44,617 bases of DNA from Perkinsus chesapeaki ATCC PRA-425 (GCA_013115145.1 JAAPAO010000268.1:1-44617), one strand, 5' to 3'. Shown: positions 1 to 11,247, counted from the stretch's first letter. Numbers and translations are program-made. The notes: generated from the sequence alone by a model not told the origin.

Positions 1-270
1 AGTGGCATAGTTATAATCGTTGTTAGAGGTTATAGTAGAGCCGTAGTTGTACTTGTTGTTGTAGATTTATAAGGTTGCAGTTGTAGATTGGTGGGGCTAT
101 AGACTGATAAGGTTGTAGTTGTAGAGTGGCATAATTATAATTGTTGTTAAAGGTTGTTGTTGTAGATTGGTGGGGTCATAGATTGACAAGGTTGTAGTTG
201 TAGAGTGGCATGGCTATAATTGTTGTTAAAGGTTATAGTAGAGTCGTAGTTGTACTTGTTGTTGTAGATT
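1..270. repeat. Imperfect low-complexity tandem/mosaic repeat (GTTGTAG-rich)
   Basis: Blocks such as gttgtagattggtgggg, gttgtagttgtagagtggcat and tataattgttgttaaaggtt recur 2-3 times; the repeat is truncated by the window edge. Confidence 0.75.
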
Positions 271-883
271 GATGAGCCAAATACTGGTGAACATTCAAGA
301 TGATACACTTCCTCCCTGATACTTCCAGGATCAATAATCCTCTCCAATTGCACAAATGTCTTGAGCACCAACTGCTACAGCTGCCCTGTACCAATTTAAA
401 GTTTTAGTTGGTAGAGCCTCTACCGTAGAGGGATCTAGTAGCTCGAGTCTCAAGTTGCTCCTGGTCCGGAAACATGCCCGCTCTGCTCGCTGCCTGGAGT
501 ACTGGAATTGGCTTGTGGCTTAGTTTGGGGCAATTCAAGACGATTTTCGAAGCCCATCGGAAAATAAAACTCAACTAGAACACGACGATAATTGAATATA
601 AGTTTATTGACATACATAGCTACCTATCAATGAGGATACACTGTATTCAATACAGTTACTGTATTACAGTATATAGCTAGGTTATCTATAGTCTGTAATA
701 AGTCTACTGATGTAGATATGATTAGTAACTTCGGCAACAGAACAATAAAAGCGGTTAAGGGAGGAATTTCTCTCTCTCAAAATATTTGACATCGCTGACA
801 AGAAGCTTTCCTGCGCTGACAAAATTGTGACATCCGAGGAGAAATTTGGGGCGAGCGAAAAAAATTTCCCTCCGGGTTTTCAG

Positions 884-913
884 GTGATCCCGGTTCGATC
901 CCCGGTCGAGGCA
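884..913 (+). pseudogene. tRNA 3'-half fragment (T-arm plus acceptor 3' strand)
   Basis: gtgat-cccgg-ttcgatc-cccgg-tcgaggc-a followed by tttc; exact B-box, no 5' half upstream. Lies upstream of CCR4; intron context not established. Confidence 0.75.
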
Positions 914-1281
914 TTTCTAATGCATTTTTTAAATCCGTGTTGTTAACAGGCATTCAGCCGTAGGATAAGGCTATTTCAGAATCGGTTCATTGAGGAGAGG
1001 AATATCGCCGTAGACTTCCTGCAATATCGTGTGATCTTGAAGGCTGTGATATCTAATAAAAATTAAACTTTCACGAAACTTCACGAGTGAGCGCGAATGA
1101 TTGAAGGTTTTGTGGATACGGGGGTCTAGTAACCTCTCGGTAATCTTACCTTCTTCAACCTTGGATACTTTTGGTTGGTTTGAGTTAGTGTGCACTTTCA
1201 GCGGATCGTTTTTATTTCCGATCTGTTTACTTTGATCGTCTCCTGCTGATCGTACCCTCCGAAAAACTAAATTTTACTGGA

Positions 1282-4200
1282 ATGACAGGTAACATCAAGC
1301 TTCAACCATGCATTTCACACCTAGAAAAGATACATCTTTTGTGCAGGTGACTCTGAGCCACAGTCAAGCTCTGTTCCTGACGATAATGCTGCCGGTAAAG
1401 ATACCAGCACTGACTCTGGTGAATCCACCCTGGGACCTATTGAGATTATAAGAGCGGAATTTACTAAGGGGAATCGACCTGTCGTTGGCTGCCCGATATC
1501 TCCCTATGTGCTTGTACGAGATGTAAGCACGGGGGTTATTATCATTGCCTCCGCTTGCTGGACTTTGCTGCCTTTTCGAGAGTAAATTTGCCACGTTATT
1601 TCATATATAGTGCTGCTTGTAAGCATAGGTTGTAGAATACTTTCCTCAGAAAATCATAATGAACTTAAACTTAATTATCTTTGTGTTCTTGTTGTTGCTG
1701 GCATTCGAGAATGCGGCTTCTGATTTTGGTTAGAGTCTCCTGTACGACCGCTACAGCGAAGTTAAGTGTGTATGAGATACTTTATTTTCCGCATTTCGTG
1801 GCGCAATAACAGTGTCCCGAGAAAGTTGTTATTTTCAGAGGTGGATTTATTATAGTTTATATACCAGCAATTCGTTTCATAGTCTCCCGAAGGTCTAGGG
1901 CATCACGTGGAGTAGGTTGGCGATTCTGTGCTTTGCAATTTTATAATGTAGATTGCTTACAGCTCTTTCAGTGGAAATCATATCCGCCATACATGCACTG
2001 ATACATTATGTGCGCATTTTATATTGAACTTTAGACTTTTCCGCATCTCTATTTGGGAATTAATACCGACCTTTTCATTTCTGAATCCTACTAGGTCCCG
2101 CTGGAGACCAACGATCCACCGTCCGCCGACAGAAAGCAGTCCGTTGAAGCTCTGCCAGCCAATGAGCAGTTCCGACAGGCAGTGGCAGCTATGCAGGGTG
2201 TCCCCGTAGGAGCTGCTAAGACATGGGAAGCTGGGGAGAATGATCCTAAGGTTACTTGGCAGTGGTAATATGGGAATTGAGGGGAATATGGTAGGTTGGA
2301 TATCATCATTATAATACTGTATTGGCTGTGACGTATATTGTGTGTATATCAACATATTATCTGTTACTGTAGAATAATATTACTGTCAATATTATTACTA
2401 TATATAACAATACGCAATAATATAATACGGTCCTTCGAACTGATACAGAATATCACGTCTTTGTGAGCAATCTCTGCGCCCGCCTAATCGGTGAACCTGA
2501 GCTTTGAGCTCGGTGAATCTTGTTCTGACATTATACCAATCATAAGGGTGTTCAAGTTGATAATGAAAATTTTTCGGGAAGTGAAATATGACATAGTAGT
2601 AGTTGGTGAGCGGTTGTTTAATAGGTATCGAGGGCCATCAATACACAATTGTGTGTATCATCCACATAGACCAGGAACTATAAGGGACGTGGCTCGGACA
2701 TTCAGATTTTATTGCAGTCCAGAGTGCCTCATGCAAGGATATAAGCATCTTGCTGTAAGTGGGGCTTTTGGGTATATACCTATTAACGCAGGGTAATGGT
2801 TATATAAGGCTAGCCATTCACTAGACAGTGCTCTTCTCTTGGGAGGCGTTGGAAGTCCAACACATGACGAGATGATAGAGTCGAAGTTGTCGCGTGAAGT
2901 ATTCTCCTGTTAATTATTGCCTATTCTATTATTCCCTTGGAGTATTGTATTATCAAAATGTGGATTCCTGTATGATCGGAGAAATCTCCCGGGAGCAGCG
3001 CTGATAGCCACTTTGCGAGATTGTTGTTCAGTAGCTTCATTCGAACGTGGTAGCGGGAGGATTAGAGAGATAGTTTGTTGTATGCAACATTTACGTTATG
3101 AAACATATCACACAAAGGTCGTAACTATTTCTGTCACTTATGTCTCTACTTCTTGTGCAACAGCAGACTGTCCCAACCTCCGACCAGGCTGCTGATTAAA
3201 GCCAGTATAGGGGCATCGCTTTAGCGGGTTCAGGCTGTCGCAGCCGCCCTGCAGAGCTCTGGGTAAATTCTGGGTTAGTATGCTTGTTTTGTAATGCATA
3301 GCACCTTCCTCTAGAACAGCAGCACTGGTGAATGGCAATATAGTTCTCACCGTAGGGTCGCCATAATTGACAAGCTCACGGTCTTCTTAGGATGACCATT
3401 GCCTCCCGTGCCCAGCAAGTGATAAAGAAGACGACTGTATGTATTGCCCATGGGCGAGTATAGAGGAGGTAATACTATAGGAGTATCTTGAGGTTGATGC
3501 ATGCATCTCAGGATGAGGCTGCGGAACATAGCACAACGGCGACTTTAGGGCCTGACTCGGCAGCGCCGGGAAGCGGTCGGGATCAGTCACCAGCGAATGT
3601 AATAAAATCTGGGAGACATGCTTGTCTGGGAATTTCGTGGCGCGTGAGAATTCCGCATTCGTAACTTTACCGTGCTTTCGTGCTGCCGTTGTTGTATAGG
3701 CGTAAATCGTAAAGAGTGAAGTAAATTATCATGCACATCGTTTGTGAGTTTGGTGACTGTTTGCACGGCGTATTCTTGAGCCTGCTTGAAGCTAGATTTC
3801 TATTCTCATTAAAATACAAGTCCTTTTGGAATATTTTTGTCAAAATTACGCTTTCTGTGAAATTGTCAAGTCAATTATATTTACTTAATTCTAATCATAA
3901 TTCTCCCTCAGAATACATCCCCGCCATTGCCGGGTGCGAGTGGTTCATGTTGGACGCCAGTAGCGAACACTCGAACGTATACTCCTGTGCCGGAAGATAC
4001 GGACAGAGTGCTGTGCGTTAAGTAAGTTATGTGGTAATATTTGATGGCATCATCGCATTCGGTACTGCAGGATCAGCAGCAAGGAACCGGTACCGTCTAA
4101 ATTGCAGATGACAAGGACGGTGGTGAGGGAGTCGGGAAATAATGTAACAGTGTGGGGTTACTGGCGACATGGAGAACACTGGGGAGAGACCTAATAGGGA

Positions 4201-7200
4201 AATGTTATTGGAAAAATTGTAAAATACTTTCGCATTACTGTCCCTCGTTCTGTGAATGACTCAGAGCAGGAGTTGTTTAGCGTTGAGGAAATGGGTGAAG
4301 TGCAGGAGGGAGGTTTCAAGACTAGATGCCGCCATGCTGGTCCTTGAGGGAACCTAGGGAGTGGCTGCTGGCCTTTCCGCCCTTTACGAAGTGTATTCGG
4401 AGTATATGGGGACGGCTTGGAAAGGATTCGATGATTTTAGTCAACTTAGTGATTATGTCGATCATGAGCAAAGAGATGCCTACCTTGAGTATTCATTTAA
4501 ACTTATTTCAGGCTGATGATTCTAGTGTATCGGACGGTAGTGTGGGGGAACGAGAGCGAGCAAGCAGCTTTGCGAATGGTAAAAAAGAAGGGACTGGAGC
4601 GTTTTTACACGGGTAAAAACGTCCGTTAGGAAGGGGTGTATCTTTAGATAATGCTTCGACTAGTTCGGGACCGGTTATACAGAGTGGCCTTCAGCCTTTG
4701 ACGTCCATATCGCAAACTGGCAGTGGATCTGTGTAAGGGGAGGGAACCACTGGGCACGGGGCTGTCACTTGTATCATATTTACCGTAATTATATGGAGTA
4801 GAGGGGAACGTTAGAAAAGTAAATGGATTCGAGTAGTAAATGAGATGATGGCTGCTGCTGCTGTTCCATGCTAACTCGCTGGTGTGGCACCTGGCGAAGT
4901 TTCGGGTACGGTCTTTGAATTCTTGACGGTGTATTTGCGGTTTGGGAAAGTTGTGATATAGACAGGACGAGAAATCGATTAGGTGATCGATTTCAGGTAT
5001 TTGATGACTATGCCATCATTCGATCCTATGACGTACTCCCCGCCACTGCGAGAGATGTTATCTGTTTACGGTGCACTCGATCATATTGCGACGGGGCAAG
5101 CGATCAAGCTGCTAAACTGGAACATCCTGGCAGGTGAGGTTAACGCTGGGAGAGTAGCATTAAATTCTTGCGCGCCCCAGATATTTATTGCACACCTCAG
5201 CAGTATCCCTATTGTCCGCCATGGGCGCTTAGTTGGAATTATAGAAGGCATTTGATTATAAAGCAGATTGCTGCGCTTGAAGGGGATGTGGTCTGTTTAC
5301 AGGTGAGCTCACCGGGAATCGAACCTGGGTCGTTTGCATGAAAAACGTGCATCAAACGGAGTACTGCTTTTTTGGAGTTAGCAATATACGCACTTTTATT
5401 TGATTGGTTTCGTTATAGGTAGGTAACTTTAGAACATAGCATCAGGAATGTGTAGGATATTATCAAGGGGCTAATGTTATATACATATATACTATTGTTA
5501 TATACATGTATACCATTGTTATATACATGTATACTATTGTTATATACATGTATAATAATAACATGTATTATTATTATGGCTAAAGTAGATCACATAAAGG
5601 GGGAGAAAATGGCTTAGATGGGTCGACATTAGATCAGCGAACGGGAAGATAAAGGCGAAGAAGAATAAGAAAGCATTGAGAATTAGAGTTGATTTATGGA
5701 GTTTTTCAGGAAGTCCAATCGGATCATTTCTACTCTTCATTATTGCCGGCGTTGGAGGCTCTTGGGTTTGGTTATCTTTATGCCCCTAAGACCAGGGAGA
5801 TATTCACGGACAAGTAAGTTAAAATACCCGTGCCGGGGATCGAACTCTCGTGCTGGAATATGGGTAGTGTTTGTACCCTCGATAGGAGTTGAAGGTTGTT
5901 CTTGGTGAAGTATTATCAATATTATATCATATTATATATGTGAATAATTGAAGATGTGATTGCTTATCAGGTACTGCGAGGAAGGGTGTGCGATTCTGTA
6001 CCGGAAGAGCCGCTTCTCGGTCGTCGATTCCTTCACTATAGAGTTTGATGCCCACGCTAAGGATAGTGCTCGCTACCAGGGGGCAAGGAGCACTAAGCAG
6101 CGCAACAGGCTTAGTAAAGGCAATGTTGCTCTGGCGTGCTTGTTGGAGGATTCGAGGTGAGGGGGCGGCGGCGGCGGCGGTGGGGCACAGGTTCGAATCC
6201 CAGGAGGGGCATTCTGTGGCGATAAGATGAGATTTGGTACAGTAGTTTGGTGTGTATGGTTGTAGCATATACACTCCCAGTTCAGAATGAGTACAGCTCA
6301 TTTGGTTCAATGCAATCATGTGTATTTGGTTCGATAGCGCCGCGTGGTAGTGTATTGAAGGGTTTGAATGCAAATAGGGTGAAGCGTAAAAGTTGGGGAA
6401 AGATTGGTAGTGATACGGTAAATATAATAAAAATGCAGTGTGATACACTACAATAAAATATGCTGTTATTATCCCTATCATGGTCGACAGGTGCGGTGGA
6501 AGGCCTTTAGGAATCGTCAACACACATATTACGGCAGACGTCGACGCTGGAGACGTTAAATTATGGCAGGCAATGTGCATGCTGGGTAAGAGAAATGTCG
6601 TTGGGGGGATTCGAACCTGGGACCTTTTCAGAGGTCGTCCAAGGGTGGAGTAACAGCCAGAACGGCGTACTGCCGATCATCATGTGCGGCGACTTCAACT
6701 CGACGCCAGATTCGGCCGTGTATGAGTTGCTCACAACTGGGCGGCTGAGTCCGTCATCGATCCCGGTGAGGAGAATGGCAACTGTTGGATTCGGGGGAAG
6801 TGGGAGATTGGTAGATTTTAAGCGTTATCTTGGAAATAGGGGGAAAAGGGGATTCTTGCACCTCGAGAGATTCGATGGAGATAGCTAAGAGCTCCAGTTA
6901 AGGGGATTGTGCTTGGGATTTTTTGTTGGAATCGGGGGAGGTGCGGGGTTGTTAGGCTTTCAGTGTGATGCTTGAAAGAGGCAGATCGCAGTATTCTTGT
7001 ACGTCCGGCAGCGTATGTGTGTCAGCGATGAATTTGCGACTGGGGGTAGTGGGTGGAGGTAACTTAGAGCTGAGTTGAGGTGATTGTGCTTGATGAATTA
7101 CTAGTAACATATTTTATATTTCCTCTTCCGGACTAGGAGCGCTCTTTGACCTTGGGATGAATGCCTGGTAGGAAGTCCTTTTGATATATAGTTAAGAGGT

Positions 7201-7861
7201 GGTGGTGGTGGTGGTTCCTTCATTCTTGTTTGTAATGCGTCTCCCGTTCAGGATGATCCGTACGGTATACTGCCACCGGTGAGTCAAATGCATCACTCAT
7301 TGCCGTTGAGATCGATATATCCGGCTGTAGTGAATAGTGAAGCGACTTATACCAACTACACACAGAAGTTCCAAGGTAGCAACTGAAAGGTCCCGGGTTC
7401 GATTCCTGGTAAAGGCATCATGTTATTTATATTCTATTTTAGAAATTACGTGTCAGAATTCGGTGGGAAAAATCGCGGAAATTTCGGAAATTTTCCCGAA
7501 ATATCCCCACGGGTGTGGACTAGAACTGTGTTGCCGTGAGAAAATGATTGATTAGCAAATGGCATCAATTTTGGGATTACTTTTCTGATCTTGATTTGGG
7601 CAATTCCTTCCACTAAATAATCTGAGATTTCACCCGATTGACGGGATTGTAGATGGTTTGGATTAGGTCCCAGGTTCGATCCCGGCATGCTGTATTTTTT
7701 CAGGAACGCTGGATTATATATGTTTCACTCAAAACTCTCTGAGAGGATTAGCTGTATCAAACACGTACAGCTATGAAGAGCTGAGTGCGGAGACAGCGTT
7801 GCCGAGCCCGACACAACCGAGCGATCATATTCTGACAGTCGGTGTGTTCGCGTACACGTAG
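1282..7861 (+). CDS. CCR4: CCR4-type mRNA deadenylase (EEP nuclease with plant/alveolate-style N-terminal zinc-binding region), multi-exon
   Basis: Spliced exons read RPVVGCPISPYVLVRD, YRGPSIHNCVYHP..FYCSPEC, WTPVANTRTYTP, LLNWNILA, YPYCPPWALSWNYRR..VVCLQ|EVQ, EGCAILYRKSRF, NTHITAD..DVKLWQ, MCGDFNSTPDSAVYELL, TNYTQKFQG|TLDYI, LPSPTQPSDHI, then TAG at 7859-7861. Start codon and the exons between about 2900 and 4990 are uncertain. Confidence 0.9.
5304..5340 (-). pseudogene. Intronic tRNA 3'-half, antisense (CCR4 intron 5303-5709)
   Basis: Minus strand reads catgcaaac-gac-ccagg-ttcgatt-cccgg-tgagctc-a; the terminal A is complementary to the T of the GT donor. Confidence 0.75.
5475..5554. repeat. 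21-bp tandem repeat, about 3.8 copies, intronic
   Basis: Unit tgttatatacatgtatac(t/c)at. Confidence 0.85.
5825..5855 (-). pseudogene. Intronic tRNA 3'-half, antisense (CCR4 intron 5814-5970)
   Basis: Minus strand reads cacgagag-ttcgatc-cccgg-cacgggt-a then tttt. Confidence 0.65.
6183..6211 (+). pseudogene. Intronic tRNA 3'-half, sense (CCR4 intron starting 6157)
   Basis: gggc-acagg-ttcgaat-cccag-gaggggc-a then tt. Confidence 0.65.
6596..6631 (-). pseudogene. Intronic tRNA 3'-half forming most of a 46-nt CCR4 intron (6586-6631)
   Basis: Minus strand reads ctgaaaaggtc-ccagg-ttcgaat-ccccc-caacgac-a then ttt. Removing the intron joins ..AMCML to EVVQGW in frame. Confidence 0.8.
7383..7417 (+). 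pseudogene. Intronic tRNA 3'-half, sense (5' end of last CCR4 intron 7376-7703)
   Basis: ctgaaaggtc-ccggg-ttcgatt-cctgg-taaaggc-a; T-stem fully pairable. Confidence 0.8.
7665..7694 (+). pseudogene. Intronic tRNA 3'-half, sense (3' end of last CCR4 intron)
   Basis: aggtc-ccagg-ttcgatcccggcatgctgta followed by ttttttcag (acceptor). Confidence 0.7.
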
Positions 7862-8236
7862 TCATACCAATTTTCCCGCAACACTGCCTGAATTGGGAGT
7901 GACACCTACGTCATAATAATATGCATTGAGCTGAGGTGAGTTGGGATTATGGTTTCGTGTGCATGCGTGCAGAATATTTGTGTCATTATTGTCTCCTCAG
8001 GTAACATTGGTTATACCAACTTTTCTGCGAAAGCTTGTTGTACAATAAAGTAGCAAATTCGTGCCGCACTGAGAGTTAACTATAACATAATTTTGCGGCG
8101 CAGTGACGATTCAAAGCTTAACCCACTCTGTCGGCTGCGGCTCGGAGGAAGAGCGCTGTCGATTCACTCCTTTGGTAACATTGTAACATTTATGTCGTAC
8201 ATATATTTGTCTCGCCACCATCATTGCCGTTCGTGG

Positions 8237-8310
8237 ATTGGTATAGCGCAGTTGGTTGAGAGTTTGCGCTCTCATTCGAAAGGGCGTGGGTTCTATTCTA
8301 CCACACTGCA
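8237..8310 (+). pseudogene. Decayed full-length tRNA, CAT anticodon position (Met-like)
   Basis: A-box-like tagcgcagttgg, ct-CAT-tc loop, gggcgtgggttctattc B-box with one change; stems largely broken. Confidence 0.5.
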
Positions 8311-8320
8311 TTTGAATCCA

Positions 8321-9430
8321 TTAACATTTCTCCTCCTCGTCGTCACCGTCCTTCCTGTGTTTGAGATAGATATCTACCTCATAGGACATCACCACCTCCC
8401 GTTCATAATGACACCCAAAAATAAGGTCTAACGTCTGGCCGATATCTTAATAACGGTACTATTGAGTTTGGGGAGGGAGTCGTCATTCGTAGACGGCATT
8501 GGACATGGTCGTTACCCTCGGCGATAGGGCGCTAGGTGGTTCTGGTGGCAACTGCTCATCTTACGCTTTGGGCCGGTTATTAGGTAGCACTATTGGTAGT
8601 AGTAATGTACTTGATAAATATTATTTTTATTGATAACTAATGATTGGATATTCTAATACTTCTACCAATTTCATTATAATATATATTGATACGTATTATA
8701 AATATAATACGTATATGCAGGTCAGAGTGAAGTTCATCAATGAAGGATCACACTCATTCTATGTTCAAACTTTAAAGCAGATTTTCGTTTGTTCGCCAAT
8801 GGAAGGTGCATTATGCGTCGTACCAAACTGTTAAGAGGTGCATCAACCTCCCTAACCTATACAGACTTGCAGCCGTGCCACCACGGCCGCGGCAGAGGAG
8901 GAGTAGGAGGAAGAGGGATTGGTAATAGTACTAATGGGATGGGGAGATGTAAATGGTCTGTGATGAGTGAAATCTTTTACGTTCTATCTTTCCTATTTAT
9001 AAAATAATTTATTATCCATTTTTGTCATAGTCTATTACGGTAGGGTTTTGTAATTTATTGGTGTCGGTCGAGGTCAATCTTTTTCCCCTACTACGCACCA
9101 ATTCATCCAGGAGCACTTAAAGGCGCGCATTTGAAGTATCAGATATTCTCAAGGGAGCTCCTGCTGGCTGCCATAAAGAGATATATTCTGCCGGCGCATT
9201 CCCAACTTCTGCTGTGACGTATGGTTCCTAGATTAAATCTCATTGGAAAACGACGGAGGAATGATACGCTACCTTATTGTCCACTTGAATTTCAGGGCGC
9301 AGTGAAATGTCACAGTGGAGCAGGTATGGGCGGTACTTTTCCAAGCTTAGCTTGGAGGCAACAGCCACGCGGCAACAACCAGTTGACCTGAAGATTCGCG
9401 GTAGGTAGATTGGCGTGCATTTGTAATATG
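8321..9430 (-). CDS. Hypothetical multi-exon gene, convergent with CCR4
   Basis: Minus-strand GT-AG-bounded open segments (EKYRPYLLHCDISLRPEIQVDNK|EPYVTAEVG..; last exon DIGQTLDLIFGCHYERE..EEEKC*). Full splice path and start not resolved. Confidence 0.4.
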
Positions 9431-9512
9431 ATCAAGGCTACCGGAAGGTTCTAATTCTGTAAAAGAGAGTATTCCTCGGCGTAATGGTCATAATAAAGTC
9501 AATGGTCACGGG

Positions 9513-10720
9513 TTGAAGGGTCCTTTGGCTGCTGCTGCCATCGAAGAATTAACGGCTCGGAGAGAGGGTTCGAGGGCTGAGCTTGTGGATAGGCTTTATA
9601 GCTCTGGAATGAAAATGGATACAATAGGTGAGCCGGCGGAGGAAATTTTTCGTTTGATTTTGTGGCGCGTGACGGTAATTCTGGTCAGACTCGCTTCCGA
9701 CGGACAGCTTGATACGTATATTACACGGCCTGACCGCGCGCCACAATATTAGCGGCGCCAAATCCGATCGTCGAGTGAAGCATTTAGTGGAAAGAGTTGC
9801 TGAGGTGGTGTCGGCTCGAGCTCAAGATGGAGGTACTATGGATAATTTTGTGTCAGCTTTTCGCATGTACTTTTGTCATTGTCCCGTTTGAAAAAGATGG
9901 GAGCACGATCTTTCGGAAATCAAAAGAGATTTCCTTTTGAATTGCCCGCTTGTGTGTCTTTATTTGCCAACATTTCCGTTTCTTCCCACTCTCGCGCGGC
10001 CCAGATGCTTTTCTTAGATCCACCTCAGATATAACACTGGAGTCGTTGGTCAGCTTTCTGCTGCGAATAACTCAACTCGATCGATTGGATCTTCTCCAAG
10101 TTGCAGCTAATCTACCAACTCAGCGATTTGACGAGTTTTACACTCTCGGGGGGAAAGGCCTGAGTTGTCTGGCGACCGCATTACAGGTAGTAGAAGGAGG
10201 ATGGGGTAGAGTTGAGAGCAATAAACGAGAAGTGGATTTAGTGATATAATGTTTATATTTCTAATGTGCAAATGCCATACGTCAATGATCCACGATTGAT
10301 AGTGACTAACTCTGTTCGACTCTATAAAATTGATATTTGACTTTTATCTCATATTGATGTGCATTTTGTGAACGAAGTTGGTCAACTATAACAATTAGGA
10401 GGAGGAAATTTGCCATTGAAATTGAGGGCATTTCGCGGTGTCGGTCTTGAAGCTGCCGAGATTGGTAAACTATTTCTCAAGCGGGATCTCTTCGTTTGCC
10501 CCTCCCCCAAGGGAAGCATCCTATACTAGGGTATATAGGGATTGCGTGGGCTCTCAGGAAGCAAGGGCGGCGGCGCGCAAGGGTTACAGTTATCCCTTCA
10601 CGTCGTCGTTGGGTTGTTATGATACCCTTGCAAAGTGGCTGCATGTTGAGCGTTATTGTCGTTGGTTGACGGCCTGTTAGCTGCCGGTAGAACTCGCTTC
10701 AATACGGCGCGGAAATCTAT
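9513..10720 (+). CDS. Hypothetical multi-exon gene (helical-looking protein)
   Basis: In-frame exon joins such as ..SSGMKMDTI|DSLPTDSLIRILHGL.. and STSDITLESLVSFLLRITQL..; both ends uncertain. Confidence 0.5.
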
Positions 10721-11247
10721 TACCTGTTTTCATCACTTCCCTGTTCACTGAGGCGAACGACTGTATGTACATCTGTTCAAGGTAACAAACTCGTGGCGCG
10801 TAAGCCGGAATCTCGGCCATCAATTTCCTGAGTTCCTCTACTCAATAGTGCGTGCGGACGGTCGACATTGCGTTTCTCTGGCCGATGCCGCTCTGGCACA
10901 TCTCGCCGAGAGGGAGTCGTCTGGATGTCTGTCGGCGGGGAAAAATAAAGAAGCGGAGAACGGGTTCATTGGAGAAGAAGAAGAACTCGTTAAAGTGAGT
11001 GGGGAAAAGGGGAAAATTTAGGAAAATCCCGATTTTTTTCCAATTTCTGCGGAAGATTTCATGACCGGGTATTTTTCATTGCCTTAGTCGACCTAAAAAT
11101 GCAGTGTAATTGAATTTCTTCTCTTTTTGCTCTTCTTCATCGCTTTCGCCATCTGTTGGGCCTGTTGTTTTTTCCCTCGAATTTCCCCATCAGGTTTGCG
11201 TTTTACTGCATCGATTGCAGCCGAGGTCAGAATCTGCACTTGGTGGT

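Noticed and set aside
400-475. Possible decayed tRNA (agttggtagagc..ctcgagtc)
   Set aside because: Only the D-loop motif is convincing; B-box and stems are not supportable.
971-1195. Minus-strand small gene divergent from CCR4
   Set aside because: A plausible GTAAG..TAG intron is present, but there is no recognisable product and no supported start.
884-7694. Permuted or trans-spliced split tRNA genes as the explanation for the 3'-halves
   Set aside because: No 5' half downstream of any fragment, no complementary leader or bulge-helix-bulge seen, and most T-stems are broken.
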